NCBI GenBank assembly: GCA_965248445.1
Contig: CBDFJG010000001.1
Span: 479,885 to 543,884, forward strand
DNA: 64,000 nucleotides
Reading direction: 5' to 3'
Origin: Planctomycetota bacterium
GTDB taxonomy: Bacteria; Planctomycetota; JAJSAM01; JAJVHW01
Position numbers and translations under genes: made by a program. Below, piece after piece: positions 38,256-48,108 of the stretch. Each line of letters begins with the position of its first letter. Positions within the stretch are counted from its first letter, which is position 1. The notes under the pieces are model-generated. The model saw nothing but the letters and a program-made list of their open reading frames with translations. It ran no database searches and had not been told where the DNA came from.

Positions 38256-40733
38256 TTGGCCCGTAAGAAGAAGAAGCCGCGCCGGGTTCCGGAGCGGGGC
38301 AGGGATCTCGTCGCCGAGGCGCTCGTCGTGGGCGCGCTCGCTCTCCTGACCTTGGTCCTCGTCGCACTGGTCACGTACTCGCCGGAGCCCGCGGGGCCGT
38401 CGGGTCAGCGCGCGTTCGTCGGCGTCGTCGGTCACGGTCTAGCCCACGCCCTCTGGCACACGTTCGGCGTCGTGTCGTTCGCGCTGGTCGGCTTCGGCCT
38501 CTTCACTGCCGTGGTGCGCCTCGTCACGCACAGGGTCTCGACGCCCATCCTGCGCGTCGTCGGCGCGGTCCTGCTGACCCTCGGCCTCTGCGGTCTCGTG
38601 CACCAGTCACTGCGACCGCGTGGCGTCATCCTCGGGGGCGAGCACCCGATCGACGTGACCCCGGGAGGTGCGCTGGGCGAGGGCGTGTTCGATCTGATGG
38701 TCGTGCCGTTCGGAGCATTCGGTTCGTTCCTGTTCGCCGTCGTGCTCACGTGCACCGGATTCGCGCTCGCCACCGACTGGCTACTCTACGAGATGCTCTA
38801 CGACGGCATCCGGAAGGTGCTCTCGTTCGGCAGCCACGCGCGCAAGTTCTGGCCGCAGCCGGCGATTGCCGCGGTGGGAGCGATGGGTTCCAAGGCGCGG
38901 GACATGCTGCGCCGCGATCCCGATGCCGCGGCCGCGCAGCAGGTGCGCGACATGACGAAGGCCGCATCCGTTGCTCAGTCGGCCGCTACCGCGGTCGCGC
39001 CGCCCCCTGAGGACGCAGTCAAGTCCACGAGCCTCCACGATCCGGTCGTGGTCGTTGCTCCCGACTTGCTGCCTGGCGGTGCGGCCTCGGGTGCGGCGGG
39101 CGGGCCGTCCGCGTCCATGCAGTTCGATTCGCACGCGGCGCCGACGCCGTCTGCGCCCATCGAACAGGAGCCCGTGCTCGAGGTGAAGCTCGCACCCGCT
39201 CCCGACCCGCAACCCGCCAAAGTCGCCAAGCCGCGGCGCAAGGGTAAGTACGAGTTGCCGGGCCTCGATCTGCTCGACCGCCCGCGTCCGCGAGACCTGC
39301 GGTCGCTCGAACGGGCGATCCAGGCGAACGCCGACATCCTGCAGCGCACGTTGCAGGAATTCCGCATCGACGGCCGCGTGGTCGCGTTCCAGCAGGGACC
39401 CGTCGTCACGATGCTCGAGGTCGCGCTCTCACCGGGCACGAAGGTCACGAAGATCCACTCCCTCGCGGACGACCTGGCGATGGCGCTCAAGGTGCAGTCC
39501 GTGCGGATCGTGGCCCCGATCCCGGGCAAGAGCACGGTGGGCGTCGAGATCCCGAACCCGGTGCGCGAGGACGTGCGGCTCATCTCGCTGCTGGAAAGCG
39601 AGGCGTTCAGGAGCGGAGAGCAGGCCCTTCCGCTCCTGCTCGGCATGCGGGGCGACGGCAGCGCGATGGTCGACGACCTGGCCGGGATGCCGCACCTGCT
39701 GCTCGCAGGCGCGACGGGGTCGGGCAAGTCGGTGTGCGTGAACACCGTGCTCTGTTCCATGCTGATGACGCGGTCGCCCGACGATGTGCGCTTGATCCTG
39801 ATCGACCCCAAGCAGGTCGAGCTCGCGTTCTTCGCGAACGTGCCCCACCTGTTGTCGCCGGTCGTCACCGACATGAAGCGCGCGTCGTCGGTGCTCGAGT
39901 GGGCCGTGCAGAACATGGAAGAGCGCTACGACCTGCTGCGCCGTTTCGAGGTCCGCAGCATCGCGTCGTACAACCAACTCGGCGAGCAGGCGATCAAGGC
40001 TCGCATCGAGGAGCTGGGGCTCTCCGACGAGATCATCCCGGTGCGGTTGCCGTACATCGTCATCATCGTGGACGAGCTGGCGGACCTCCTTCTCTCCGCC
40101 GGCAGGGACGTGGAGAAGCTGATCCAGCGGCTGGCGCAGAAGAGCCGCGCCGTCGGCATCCACATCATCCTCGCGACGCAGCGGCCGTCGACCGACGTCA
40201 TCACGGGTCTCATCAAGGCGAACATGCCGACGCGCATCGCGTTCCAGGTGGCGAGCAAGGTCGACTCGCGCGTGATCCTCGATCAGAACGGCGCCGAGAA
40301 GCTGCTCGGCATGGGCGACATGCTGTATCTGCCGCCCCGCAGTTCGTCGATCCTGCGCGCGCAGGGGACATTCGTCAGCGACAAGGAAGTCAAACGGATC
40401 GTGAAGTTCCTGAAGGAACGCTACAGCCAGGAATTCGACGACGAGCTGACAACGCTCGGAACAACAGACCTCCTCGACGAAGCCGACAAGGACGTCCTGT
40501 ACGACGAGGCCGTGCAGGTTGTCCTCGGTGAACGACGCGGCAGCGCGTCGCTCCTGCAGCGCGCGCTCGCCATCGGCTACACGCGCGCCAGCCGCCTGCT
40601 CGACCTCATGCGCAAGGAAGGCGTCGTCGGTGCCTACAAGGGCAGCAAGGCGAGCGACGTCCTGATGACCCTCGAGCAGTACCAGCAACGCGTCGCGGAG
40701 GCGCAGGCCGCGAAGAAGAAGGGCGGGGGCTGA
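38256..40733 (+). CDS. ftsK: DNA translocase FtsK/SpoIIIE
   Basis: 4TM N-terminus; 'MPHLLLAGATGSGKS', 'IIVDELADL', 'ATQRPS', gamma domain 'LLQRALAIGYTRASRL'. Confidence 0.96.
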   Translation: MARKKKKPRRVPERGRDLVAEALVVGALALLTLVLVALVTYSPEPAGPSGQRAFVGVVGHGLAHALWHTFGVVSFALVGFGLFTAVVRLVTHRVSTPILRVVGAVLLTLGLCGLVHQSLRPRGVILGGEHPIDVTPGGALGEGVFDLMVVPFGAFGSFLFAVVLTCTGFALATDWLLYEMLYDGIRKVLSFGSHARKFWPQPAIAAVGAMGSKARDMLRRDPDAAAAQQVRDMTKAASVAQSAATAVAPPPEDAVKSTSLHDPVVVVAPDLLPGGAASGAAGGPSASMQFDSHAAPTPSAPIEQEPVLEVKLAPAPDPQPAKVAKPRRKGKYELPGLDLLDRPRPRDLRSLERAIQANADILQRTLQEFRIDGRVVAFQQGPVVTMLEVALSPGTKVTKIHSLADDLAMALKVQSVRIVAPIPGKSTVGVEIPNPVREDVRLISLLESEAFRSGEQALPLLLGMRGDGSAMVDDLAGMPHLLLAGATGSGKSVCVNTVLCSMLMTRSPDDVRLILIDPKQVELAFFANVPHLLSPVVTDMKRASSVLEWAVQNMEERYDLLRRFEVRSIASYNQLGEQAIKARIEELGLSDEIIPVRLPYIVIIVDELADLLLSAGRDVEKLIQRLAQKSRAVGIHIILATQRPSTDVITGLIKANMPTRIAFQVASKVDSRVILDQNGAEKLLGMGDMLYLPPRSSSILRAQGTFVSDKEVKRIVKFLKERYSQEFDDELTTLGTTDLLDEADKDVLYDEAVQVVLGERRGSASLLQRALAIGYTRASRLLDLMRKEGVVGAYKGSKASDVLMTLEQYQQRVAEAQAAKKKGGG

Positions 40734-40820
40734 CATTCGTCACCCCCCTGCTTCGACCACCACCGCTGACCCGCCACGAGGCGGACAACCGGCCGACGCC
40801 GACCGGGACGGGAGGTTCGC

Positions 40821-42767
40821 ATGCGATTCAAGCGACTGACGGGCAGCAGCGGGTATCTCAAGCAACTCGGACTCGAACCACGCGCAGCGCTGGCACTCGC
40901 CGTCGTGGCGATTGGGCTCTTCCTCACCATCAGCCTCGCGAAGTACGGCGGGGCGGCCGAAGCGGGCAGTGTCTCGTGGCACGTCGGGCTCGCCGGCTGG
41001 TTCGTGGACGTGTTCGGCGCGGGCGCATGGCTGTTCGTCCTGCTCCCGACCGTCTGGGGCGTGATCGTCTACTTCCGGGAGAGCACGCCCAACCTGGCGA
41101 TCCGCGCCGGCGGTGTGCTCGTGCTCGCCTGTGCGACCGCAATGATCACGGGCCTCCTGCAGGGCGCGGAACCAGGGCCGTGGGCCGGTTCGGTCGGTGC
41201 GTTCGCCGTCTGGCTGACGGAGGCGTTGAGCGTCGCGGTCGGCAGTGCCATCGCAGCCGCGCTCGTGTGGACCGGGACGATCGTGCTGTTCGTCACGTCG
41301 CTGATCTGGGCGACCGACTGGATGTTCTACTCCGTGCGACGCGGCGCGGACATGCCGCTGACGCTCGGCGTGCGTCACGTTGCCCTCGAACCGAGTCAAG
41401 TCGAACTCCGCGAGCCGGGTGAGTACGCCGCCGAGCGCGAGCTGATCCGCGCGGCTGCACCCCCGGCTGAGGTCGCCGATGCCGTGCGCGCAACGGGCAC
41501 AGTGCTCGACGAACGCACCGACGACGAGACCGGGCTGCCGCATGCACTCGGCGCGGACGCGTCCGTGCCGGACGTCACGGACTTCGTGCAGATCGACATG
41601 GGCCAGGAGATCGAGTTGAGTCACGACTCCGTGCTGCCGACCGGGTTCACTGCCCGCGAGGACGATGGCCGCACGGTCGTGAAGGGGCCATCGGGGTATC
41701 GAGGAGTGGAGTTCCTGCCTCAGAGCGACGAGTTGCTGGAGCCGGAGGCTCCCGAGGTGCGCGCCTACGACATCGGATCGCTCTTCACACCGCCGGCGGT
41801 CGAGTACGCGGAGACTCCCGTGCTGGCCGAGCACGTGCCGGAGGAGCCCGTGCAGGCCGAGCCCGTGCAGGCCGAGCACCAAGAGTTCGCTCCGGATCCG
41901 ACCCCAGAACCGGTTTCGAACATGCGGCCGGCGTCGATCGTGGGGCCGTTGTCGAACGTGGCGCCGGGGATGGACGCGGAGATCCACGCGGAGTTCGACG
42001 CGGTGGAACCGGATCCGGAACCCGAGCCCGCGTTCACTCCCCCCGCCGTCGAGCTCATCGACGAGGATCTCGTGCCGCTGGTCGAACCGCCGGTGGCCAT
42101 TGCCCCGCCGCTTCCGCCGATCTTCGCCGAACCGCTCTCCGAGGCGAGTCCCGAGACACTGCCCGCCGAGATACTGGCCGCCGAGACCGCGGAGCCGGGC
42201 GCGCGCAAGAGCGGCATCGGTCTGCCGGGCGACAGCCCGTTCATCGACGAGTTCTTCCCCGCCGCAACGTCCACGGACCTGCCGGCCGCGCACGAGACGG
42301 TCAGCGCGTACTCACCCGGCGATGGCGCTGCGTCCCACGAAGAAGTCGCGGCCACGTACGGAAGCACACCACCGGTGTCGTCGTCCATGCCGGAGACGGT
42401 CACGTCGGCGGAGATGCTGCCGCCCGCGGAGACGGCCGTGACGCCCGGGCTGCCCGAGCCCGCCCCTGTTGCGCGACAGTTCGCCGAAGGCGGGACCAGC
42501 ACGCCGCCGGTCTCGCGACTCGACCGGCTGCACAGCATGCAGCTCGACCCGCTCTTCGGGGCCGCGGTGAGCGCAGTGTTCGACGGAGGACGCGGATCGC
42601 CAATGGTGCTGCAGCGACGGCTCGGTATCGGCCACGGCCGCGGCCTGCGCATCCTCGCGCAGATGGCGGAGGCCGGCCTCGTGGGCCCCGAAGATCCGAC
42701 GGGGTCGCGTTCGCTGCAGCTCTCGCGGTCGGCCTGGGAGGCGTTCGTCGGCGGTCACCAGCTGTGA
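40821..42767 (+). CDS. FtsK-like protein: 4TM domain, acidic Pro-rich linker and gamma domain, no ATPase
   Basis: TM region ending 'ATDW' as in the upstream ftsK; C-terminal 'DPLF..AV..V...RGS...LQRRLGIG..R..RIL..M...GLVGP'; no Walker A/B. Confidence 0.8.
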   Translation: MRFKRLTGSSGYLKQLGLEPRAALALAVVAIGLFLTISLAKYGGAAEAGSVSWHVGLAGWFVDVFGAGAWLFVLLPTVWGVIVYFRESTPNLAIRAGGVLVLACATAMITGLLQGAEPGPWAGSVGAFAVWLTEALSVAVGSAIAAALVWTGTIVLFVTSLIWATDWMFYSVRRGADMPLTLGVRHVALEPSQVELREPGEYAAERELIRAAAPPAEVADAVRATGTVLDERTDDETGLPHALGADASVPDVTDFVQIDMGQEIELSHDSVLPTGFTAREDDGRTVVKGPSGYRGVEFLPQSDELLEPEAPEVRAYDIGSLFTPPAVEYAETPVLAEHVPEEPVQAEPVQAEHQEFAPDPTPEPVSNMRPASIVGPLSNVAPGMDAEIHAEFDAVEPDPEPEPAFTPPAVELIDEDLVPLVEPPVAIAPPLPPIFAEPLSEASPETLPAEILAAETAEPGARKSGIGLPGDSPFIDEFFPAATSTDLPAAHETVSAYSPGDGAASHEEVAATYGSTPPVSSSMPETVTSAEMLPPAETAVTPGLPEPAPVARQFAEGGTSTPPVSRLDRLHSMQLDPLFGAAVSAVFDGGRGSPMVLQRRLGIGHGRGLRILAQMAEAGLVGPEDPTGSRSLQLSRSAWEAFVGGHQL

Positions 42768-42820
42768 ACTCCGCCTCGTCGTGATCTCACGGCGGCGACA
42801 ATGAGACGCAGGCAGGTCTC

Positions 42821-43303
42821 ATGAGACGGCAACGCCCCCGCCACATCTTCAGCACGCTCGCGGTTTCGTACTGCGGTTGCGGGCTGTTCCCCATCGCTCC
42901 CGGCACCGTCGGAACTGCGGGCGCGGCGGTCACGGCCTGGGCGCTCCTCGAGTACCTGCCGGCGGCGACCACGCATTGGTGGGCCGTGGCGCTGGCCGTG
43001 GCGGTGGCGGCCTCGATCGTGACCGTTCTCCTGACCCCCGATCTGGAGCGCCGGACCGGCAAGGACCCGGGGGTCGTGGTCACCGACGAGGTCGCCGGGT
43101 ACTTCGTCACGCTCGTGGCCGTCCCCGCACCGGGCCTGGCGCACCTGGCCGCCGCCTTCTTCGTCTTCCGGCTCTTCGACGTGGTCAAGCCCTGGCCCGC
43201 CAACCGCCTCGAGAAGCTCCCCGAGGGCTGGGGGGTTCTCCTGGACGACGTCATGGCCGGTGCCTACGGCGCCGCGGTCCTCGCCCTGGTCGCACGCCTC
43301 TGA
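42821..43303 (+). CDS. pgpA: Phosphatidylglycerophosphatase A
   Basis: 'APGTVGT', 'DPGVVVTDEVAG', 'FRLFDVVKPWP', 'GVLLDDVMAG'. Confidence 0.93.
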   Translation: MRRQRPRHIFSTLAVSYCGCGLFPIAPGTVGTAGAAVTAWALLEYLPAATTHWWAVALAVAVAASIVTVLLTPDLERRTGKDPGVVVTDEVAGYFVTLVAVPAPGLAHLAAAFFVFRLFDVVKPWPANRLEKLPEGWGVLLDDVMAGAYGAAVLALVARL

Positions 43304-43423
43304 GCCCGTCGTCGGCGTAGTCGTTGACCCTCCTCGGGGGCGTCCCGACAATGCGCGGCTCGCTTCGGGACCAATGAGCGCACGGGCAGCGCTCCCCGCG
43401 GCAGTGGGAAGGGAGCAACTGGG

Positions 43424-45193
43424 ATGGCACGACGCAGGAGCCGAGGTCGCGATAGCGACGAGCCCGAGGCAGCTCCGATCGGACGGCGTGAAGAGGTGCG
43501 CGCAGCCCCCGCCCGCGCTCCGAAGGGACTGTCGTTCGCGCTGCCGGTGGCGGCCGCCGCCGGGATGGGCGCCGCGCTGCTGTCCTTCGTCGGCGTTCTC
43601 GGCATGGCGCGGGGCGCAGGCGGCGACTCTCTGGCCGTCCTCGACGAGGGCGGGGTCGCAGCGGTCCGTCTGATCGCCAGCCTCGACACCGGGCGCTGGG
43701 CCGCATCGTTCGGAATGAAGAAGGCGGTGCGCAGCGACATCGAGCGCGCCTTGAGGGAGCGGATCGACGCGATCGTCAAGGAGACCGACGACGACCGCGA
43801 TCGCCAGGCCCTCGACGCGAAGAAGGCCGCGTGGCTAACGGGCGTCCCGGCAAAGACCCCAGACTGGGAACCCGGCCTCGACCAGTTCCTGCCGGAGACC
43901 GACGCTGCCGATGACCTCATTCCCGTCGCGTTGCTCAGGGGATGGGATCGCGTCCAGTCCGGCGAGCGCGGCTCGCTGGTGGGCGCCGTCGTGCAGAACG
44001 CGTCCGGCACCCAGATCTTCTCGCGCGGTGAGCTCGTCCGCGGAAACCAGATCGGAACGATCGGTGCCACGACCATCGAGGCGGCGAAGGGCTACCGCGT
44101 CTACATCCACCCCGCGGCGAACCGGGCGGGCAACCCCGACGGGGTCGCGATCGTCGTGCTGACGACCACGCGCTCAAAGTCGGCCAGCGTTCTGGACCTC
44201 GCGATGGCCGCGGGCGCCGGCGGGTTCCTGGGCGCATTCCTCCTCGCGCTGTTGCTGACGCTCGGACCGGTGCGTGCCATGCAGAAGTTCGCCGGCGAGG
44301 TCGAGGTGATCGCGCGCGGCAACTACGAGAAGCACGTGATCGGCCGCGGCCCCAAGGAACTCAAGATCGCGGCCAAGAACGTGTCGCGCATCGCTGCGGC
44401 AGCGCTCGAAGGCGGAGACGGCGGCGGCGGAGAACCGCAGATCATCCACCAGCCGGTGCCGATCGTGCCCATCGAGGAGATCACACAGGCGCTGGCGCCG
44501 TCGCCGTCGTTCCAGACGCCCGCGAGCCTCGAGATCGAGGCGACGCACAAGCCGTGTCCGGACGCAGGCAATGACTACTTCGACGTCGTCAACCTGCCGA
44601 GCGGGAACGTGGGCCTGTTCGTGGCCGACATCCCCACGCGTGGCACGACCGGCGCACTCCGGATGGCGCAGATCAAGGCGCTGTTCCGCTCCGAGTCACA
44701 GCGCACCGACTCGCCGGCGGATGTCCTGCGCGCCGTCAATCGCGAGTTTGCGCGCGACCTTCCGCGCGGCACATACGCAACCGCCATGTACGCCGTGCTC
44801 GATCCGGAAACCGGCATCTGCAGAGTCGCGGCGGCGCAGCATCTTCCGCTCGTGTTCTGGAAGCTCGACAAGAAGTCGTCCGCCCGTCTCACGACGCAGG
44901 GCATCGCCCTCGGTCACGACACCGGACCCGTGTTCGACAAGACGATCGAGGAGAAGGCCATCCAGCTCGAGCGCGGCGACCGCGTCGTGCTCTTCACGGA
45001 CGGGGCGATCACGGCACGCAACGCGGCGGGCGCGGTCTACGGAGAGCAGCGGTTCTATTACGTCGTGAATCGCGAAGCGCCCAAGAACAGCGCCGCATTC
45101 GTGAACTTCGTCGCGAACGACGTGGACCTGTTCCACGAGGGCTCAGAACAACTCGACGACTTCACGATCGTCACGGTGCGCAAGATCGCGTGA
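43424..45193 (+). CDS. Membrane-bound SpoIIE/PP2C-family phosphatase with HAMP-like linker
   Basis: Two TM helices; 'GNDYFD', 'FVADI', 'LFTDG', 'DDFT'. Confidence 0.85.
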   Translation: MARRRSRGRDSDEPEAAPIGRREEVRAAPARAPKGLSFALPVAAAAGMGAALLSFVGVLGMARGAGGDSLAVLDEGGVAAVRLIASLDTGRWAASFGMKKAVRSDIERALRERIDAIVKETDDDRDRQALDAKKAAWLTGVPAKTPDWEPGLDQFLPETDAADDLIPVALLRGWDRVQSGERGSLVGAVVQNASGTQIFSRGELVRGNQIGTIGATTIEAAKGYRVYIHPAANRAGNPDGVAIVVLTTTRSKSASVLDLAMAAGAGGFLGAFLLALLLTLGPVRAMQKFAGEVEVIARGNYEKHVIGRGPKELKIAAKNVSRIAAAALEGGDGGGGEPQIIHQPVPIVPIEEITQALAPSPSFQTPASLEIEATHKPCPDAGNDYFDVVNLPSGNVGLFVADIPTRGTTGALRMAQIKALFRSESQRTDSPADVLRAVNREFARDLPRGTYATAMYAVLDPETGICRVAAAQHLPLVFWKLDKKSSARLTTQGIALGHDTGPVFDKTIEEKAIQLERGDRVVLFTDGAITARNAAGAVYGEQRFYYVVNREAPKNSAAFVNFVANDVDLFHEGSEQLDDFTIVTVRKIA

Positions 45194-45234
45194 CGCCCCC
45201 CGCCTCATGACCCCTACCTCATGACCTCCGCCCC

Positions 45235-45525
45235 GTGACAGTCGAGGAGTTCCAGCGCTGGATGGAAGAGCGCTACGGCGAGCGCGACCGCCGCCGCGGC
45301 GTCGACCGGACGTTCGGCTGGTTCGTCGAGGAGGTCGGGGAGCTGTCCCGGGCTCTACGGCGGGGCGACCGCTCGAACCTGGAGCACGAGTTCAGTGATG
45401 CGTTCGCGTGGCTGGTTTCGCTGGCCAACCAGGCCGGCGTCGATCTGACCGACGTCCTGGAGCGATACCGCGACGGCTGTCCGCGCTGCAGCCAGCTCCC
45501 GTGCGATTGCCCATTCGTCGGATGA
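45235..45525 (+). CDS. MazG-family nucleotide pyrophosphohydrolase
   Basis: 'EEVGEL', 'EHEFSD', C-terminal CPRC...PCDC. Confidence 0.88.
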   Translation: MTVEEFQRWMEERYGERDRRRGVDRTFGWFVEEVGELSRALRRGDRSNLEHEFSDAFAWLVSLANQAGVDLTDVLERYRDGCPRCSQLPCDCPFVG

Positions 45526-45554
45526 ACGCGGGGAGCGCTACGATCTCCGTCCCC

Positions 45555-46598
45555 ATGCGATGGACGGCCGCCACGCTGACTCTCGGACTGCTCTGCTCTC
45601 TTGCGTCCGCGCAGGACGCGGAGACGGCGACTCCGCCCGTACCGGCCGTGACGTCCGCCCCTGCGAGCGAGAAGCCGGCCGAAGCGGCGCCCGAGATCGT
45701 GTTCGGGAACGACTACGAGGCGGCGCTGAAGACGGCTCGTGCTGAGCAGCGGCCGGTGCTCGTGGTCGCCGTGCCCGACTGGTACGAGAGTCCGGTCTGG
45801 GCGTCCGTCGAAGAGCAGTCCGTCGGTACACCCGCCGGTCGGGCCGCGCTCGAGCGCTTCGTCCCAGTGCTGCTGCGCGAGTCGAACGACCGTGAAGTGC
45901 ACGCGCGCCACCGTGTCCCCTACCGGACGCATCCGCTCGCGGTCGTGCTCGACGCGGACGGCTCCTATCTCGGCTTCCTGTCCGGCCTGCCGACGGAAGG
46001 CGGAGCGGCTGCCTGGTCCGCGGCCGTCGCCGGTATCGTGCCTCGTGCGAAGCGCACGAGGGAAGTGCGCGACGCACTGGCCGAGTCACCGGACGATCCG
46101 GCACTTCTGCTCGAACTCGCAACGCTGCTCTTGGCCGCCGGCGAGCACGCGCGTGCCGACGACGTGTTCGCGAGAGTGGAGCGGGTCGAGCCGATCGGCA
46201 ACGAAGAGCGTCTTGGGGAAGCGCGGTACCAGCGCCTACGCATGCGCGTCGTCGATCTCCTCGAACAGAAGAAGTGGGGCGACGTGGAGCCGCTCTGCCT
46301 CAAGTGGCGGAGGCGCTTCTCGGAGCATACGCGGATGCCCGCGTTGCTGCTGCTCCAGGCGAACGCCCGCTTCCTGTCCGGACAGGGCGACCGCGCGCGA
46401 GAATTGTGGACGCGCATCACGTCGGAGCACGGCGGCAGCGACGCAGCGAAGCGCGCGAAGGAGTGCCTCGACGAGTATCCGGAGAAGCCTGAGAAACCCG
46501 ACAAGCCTGAGAAACCCGGTAAGCCTGAGAAAGACGACGAGCCCGAGCCGCCGAAGAAGCCCGACCCCCCGAAGAAGACGCCGCCAGCCGAGAAGTGA
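45555..46598 (+). CDS. Secreted thioredoxin-fold plus TPR-like protein with P-E/D-K repeat tail
   Basis: Signal peptide; 'YEAALKTARAEQRPVLV', 'HPLAVVLDADG'; helical repeats; tail 'PEKPEKPDKPEKPGKPEK'. Confidence 0.7.
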   Translation: MRWTAATLTLGLLCSLASAQDAETATPPVPAVTSAPASEKPAEAAPEIVFGNDYEAALKTARAEQRPVLVVAVPDWYESPVWASVEEQSVGTPAGRAALERFVPVLLRESNDREVHARHRVPYRTHPLAVVLDADGSYLGFLSGLPTEGGAAAWSAAVAGIVPRAKRTREVRDALAESPDDPALLLELATLLLAAGEHARADDVFARVERVEPIGNEERLGEARYQRLRMRVVDLLEQKKWGDVEPLCLKWRRRFSEHTRMPALLLLQANARFLSGQGDRARELWTRITSEHGGSDAAKRAKECLDEYPEKPEKPDKPEKPGKPEKDDEPEPPKKPDPPKKTPPAEK

Positions 46599-46611
46599 GA
46601 GCCGTGCCGGC

Positions 46612-48000
46612 TCAGCCGGCGTACACGACAGCGAGGGCGGCCAGGATCATCTCGTTCTCGCCGTCCTGGATGGTCCGCGGATCGAGCAGCAGCCGATCTT
46701 CCTTCACGCGCACGAAGACGGACGGGTCTCCAACGCGCAGGCGCCGCGTGGCCTCCGTCGCGCCGATCCCGGCCGGCGGGGCGAGTGAGACGACGCGCGT
46801 GGGGATGGCCCGCGCCGGGAGCGCGCCGCTCCCCGCGTAGCTCTCGCCGTCCTCGTGTCGCGCGTCTGCAGAGGGGATCACCGCCCCGATGGCCGACGAG
46901 AGCGCCTCGGCGCGTACGCCAACCGTGGCGGCGTCTTCGGTCAGCATGCGCGACGTCGGGTGGTCGCGCAACAGCGCGTCCCGGTCGCGGAACATCCGGA
47001 GCGTCGCCTCGAGCGCGATCAGATCGAGCTTCCCGACGCGCAGCGCACGCGAGAGCTGATTGCGTTCGACGCGGTGGACGAGTTCGTGATCGCCGACCAC
47101 GATTCCACCCTGCGGTCCGCCGATCAGCTTGTCTGCAGAACACGTCACCAGAGATGCTCCGACGCGCAGCGACTCGGACACGAGCGGTTCGTCGAGCGGC
47201 CCGCCGATGTCGATCAGCGCGCCGGCACCTAGGTCGTCGACGACGGGCAGATCGTGTTCCCGGCCCAGCGCAACGAGTTCGGCGAGCGGCACTTCCTTCG
47301 TGAACCCCTCGATGCGGTAGTTGCTGGTGTGCACGCGGATGATCGCGGCCGTGTTGGAGTTGATCGCCTCCGCGTAGTCGCGCAGGTGCGTGCGGTTGGT
47401 GCACCCCACCTCGACCATGCGGCACCCGGCGCGGTACATCACGTCCGGCATGCGAAACGAACCGCCGATCTCGACGAGCTGGCCGCGCGAGACGATGACC
47501 TCCTTGCCCTGCGCCAGTGTGTTGAGAACGAGCAGCACGGCAGCGGCGTTGTTGTTCACGACGGTCGCCGCTGCGCAGCCCGTGATCTCCTTGAGGAGGT
47601 CCTCGCAGAAGCGCTCTCGCCGTCCGCGCTGATTGGAGTCGTCGTCCAGGGCGAGCAGGCAATAGCCGGACGCTTCGGCCGCGATCGCTTCCATCGCCTG
47701 GCGCGGCAATGCCGCACGGCCGAGGCCGGTGTGGAGCACGATGCCCGTCGCGTTCACGACGCGGCGCATGCCCGGTCGGGACAGACCGGCGAGCTCCGCC
47801 CGCGCGACGGTCACGACCTCTTCCTCGGCGGGCGGCTCTCCGCCGCTCTGAACGGCGGCTCGCGCCGAGTCCACGGCGACCCGCAACGCGGTCACCACTT
47901 CGGCCCGGGGTCGCTCGCCGAGCAGTTCGGCCACGTCCGTTCGCTCGAGGAGACCGGCCACCGAGGGGAGGCGCCGCAGTCGGTCGTTCAGGTCACTCAT
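46612..48000 (-). CDS. selA: L-seryl-tRNA(Sec) selenium transferase
   Basis: 'VVNATGIVLHTGLGRA', 'VNNNAAAV', 'SRGQLVEIGGSFRMPD', 'SADKLIGGPQGG'. Confidence 0.96.
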   Translation of the reverse strand: MSDLNDRLRRLPSVAGLLERTDVAELLGERPRAEVVTALRVAVDSARAAVQSGGEPPAEEEVVTVARAELAGLSRPGMRRVVNATGIVLHTGLGRAALPRQAMEAIAAEASGYCLLALDDDSNQRGRRERFCEDLLKEITGCAAATVVNNNAAAVLLVLNTLAQGKEVIVSRGQLVEIGGSFRMPDVMYRAGCRMVEVGCTNRTHLRDYAEAINSNTAAIIRVHTSNYRIEGFTKEVPLAELVALGREHDLPVVDDLGAGALIDIGGPLDEPLVSESLRVGASLVTCSADKLIGGPQGGIVVGDHELVHRVERNQLSRALRVGKLDLIALEATLRMFRDRDALLRDHPTSRMLTEDAATVGVRAEALSSAIGAVIPSADARHEDGESYAGSGALPARAIPTRVVSLAPPAGIGATEATRRLRVGDPSVFVRVKEDRLLLDPRTIQDGENEMILAALAVVYAG

Positions 48001-48108
48001 GGCCCGAGATGCTATCCGCCCCGCCGCGCGACGCTGCACGCGCCCCCAGACCCCCTCCGGCGAGGGACCCTGCAGTCGCGAGCCCCTGCCGAAGAAGCGG
48101 CCGGGAGG

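Noticed and set aside
46479-46532. 9-bp coding repeats (PEK/PDK) and the ~18-bp repeats at the end of mutS (54677-54733)
   Set aside because: In-frame low-complexity tails, common and with no evidence of a separate function
46612-48000. Selenoprotein genes (UGA read-through) near selA
   Set aside because: The redoxin-like ORFs have no in-frame TGA at a catalytic position, neither frameshifted gene is broken by a TGA, and selB/selC/selD were not seen in the window
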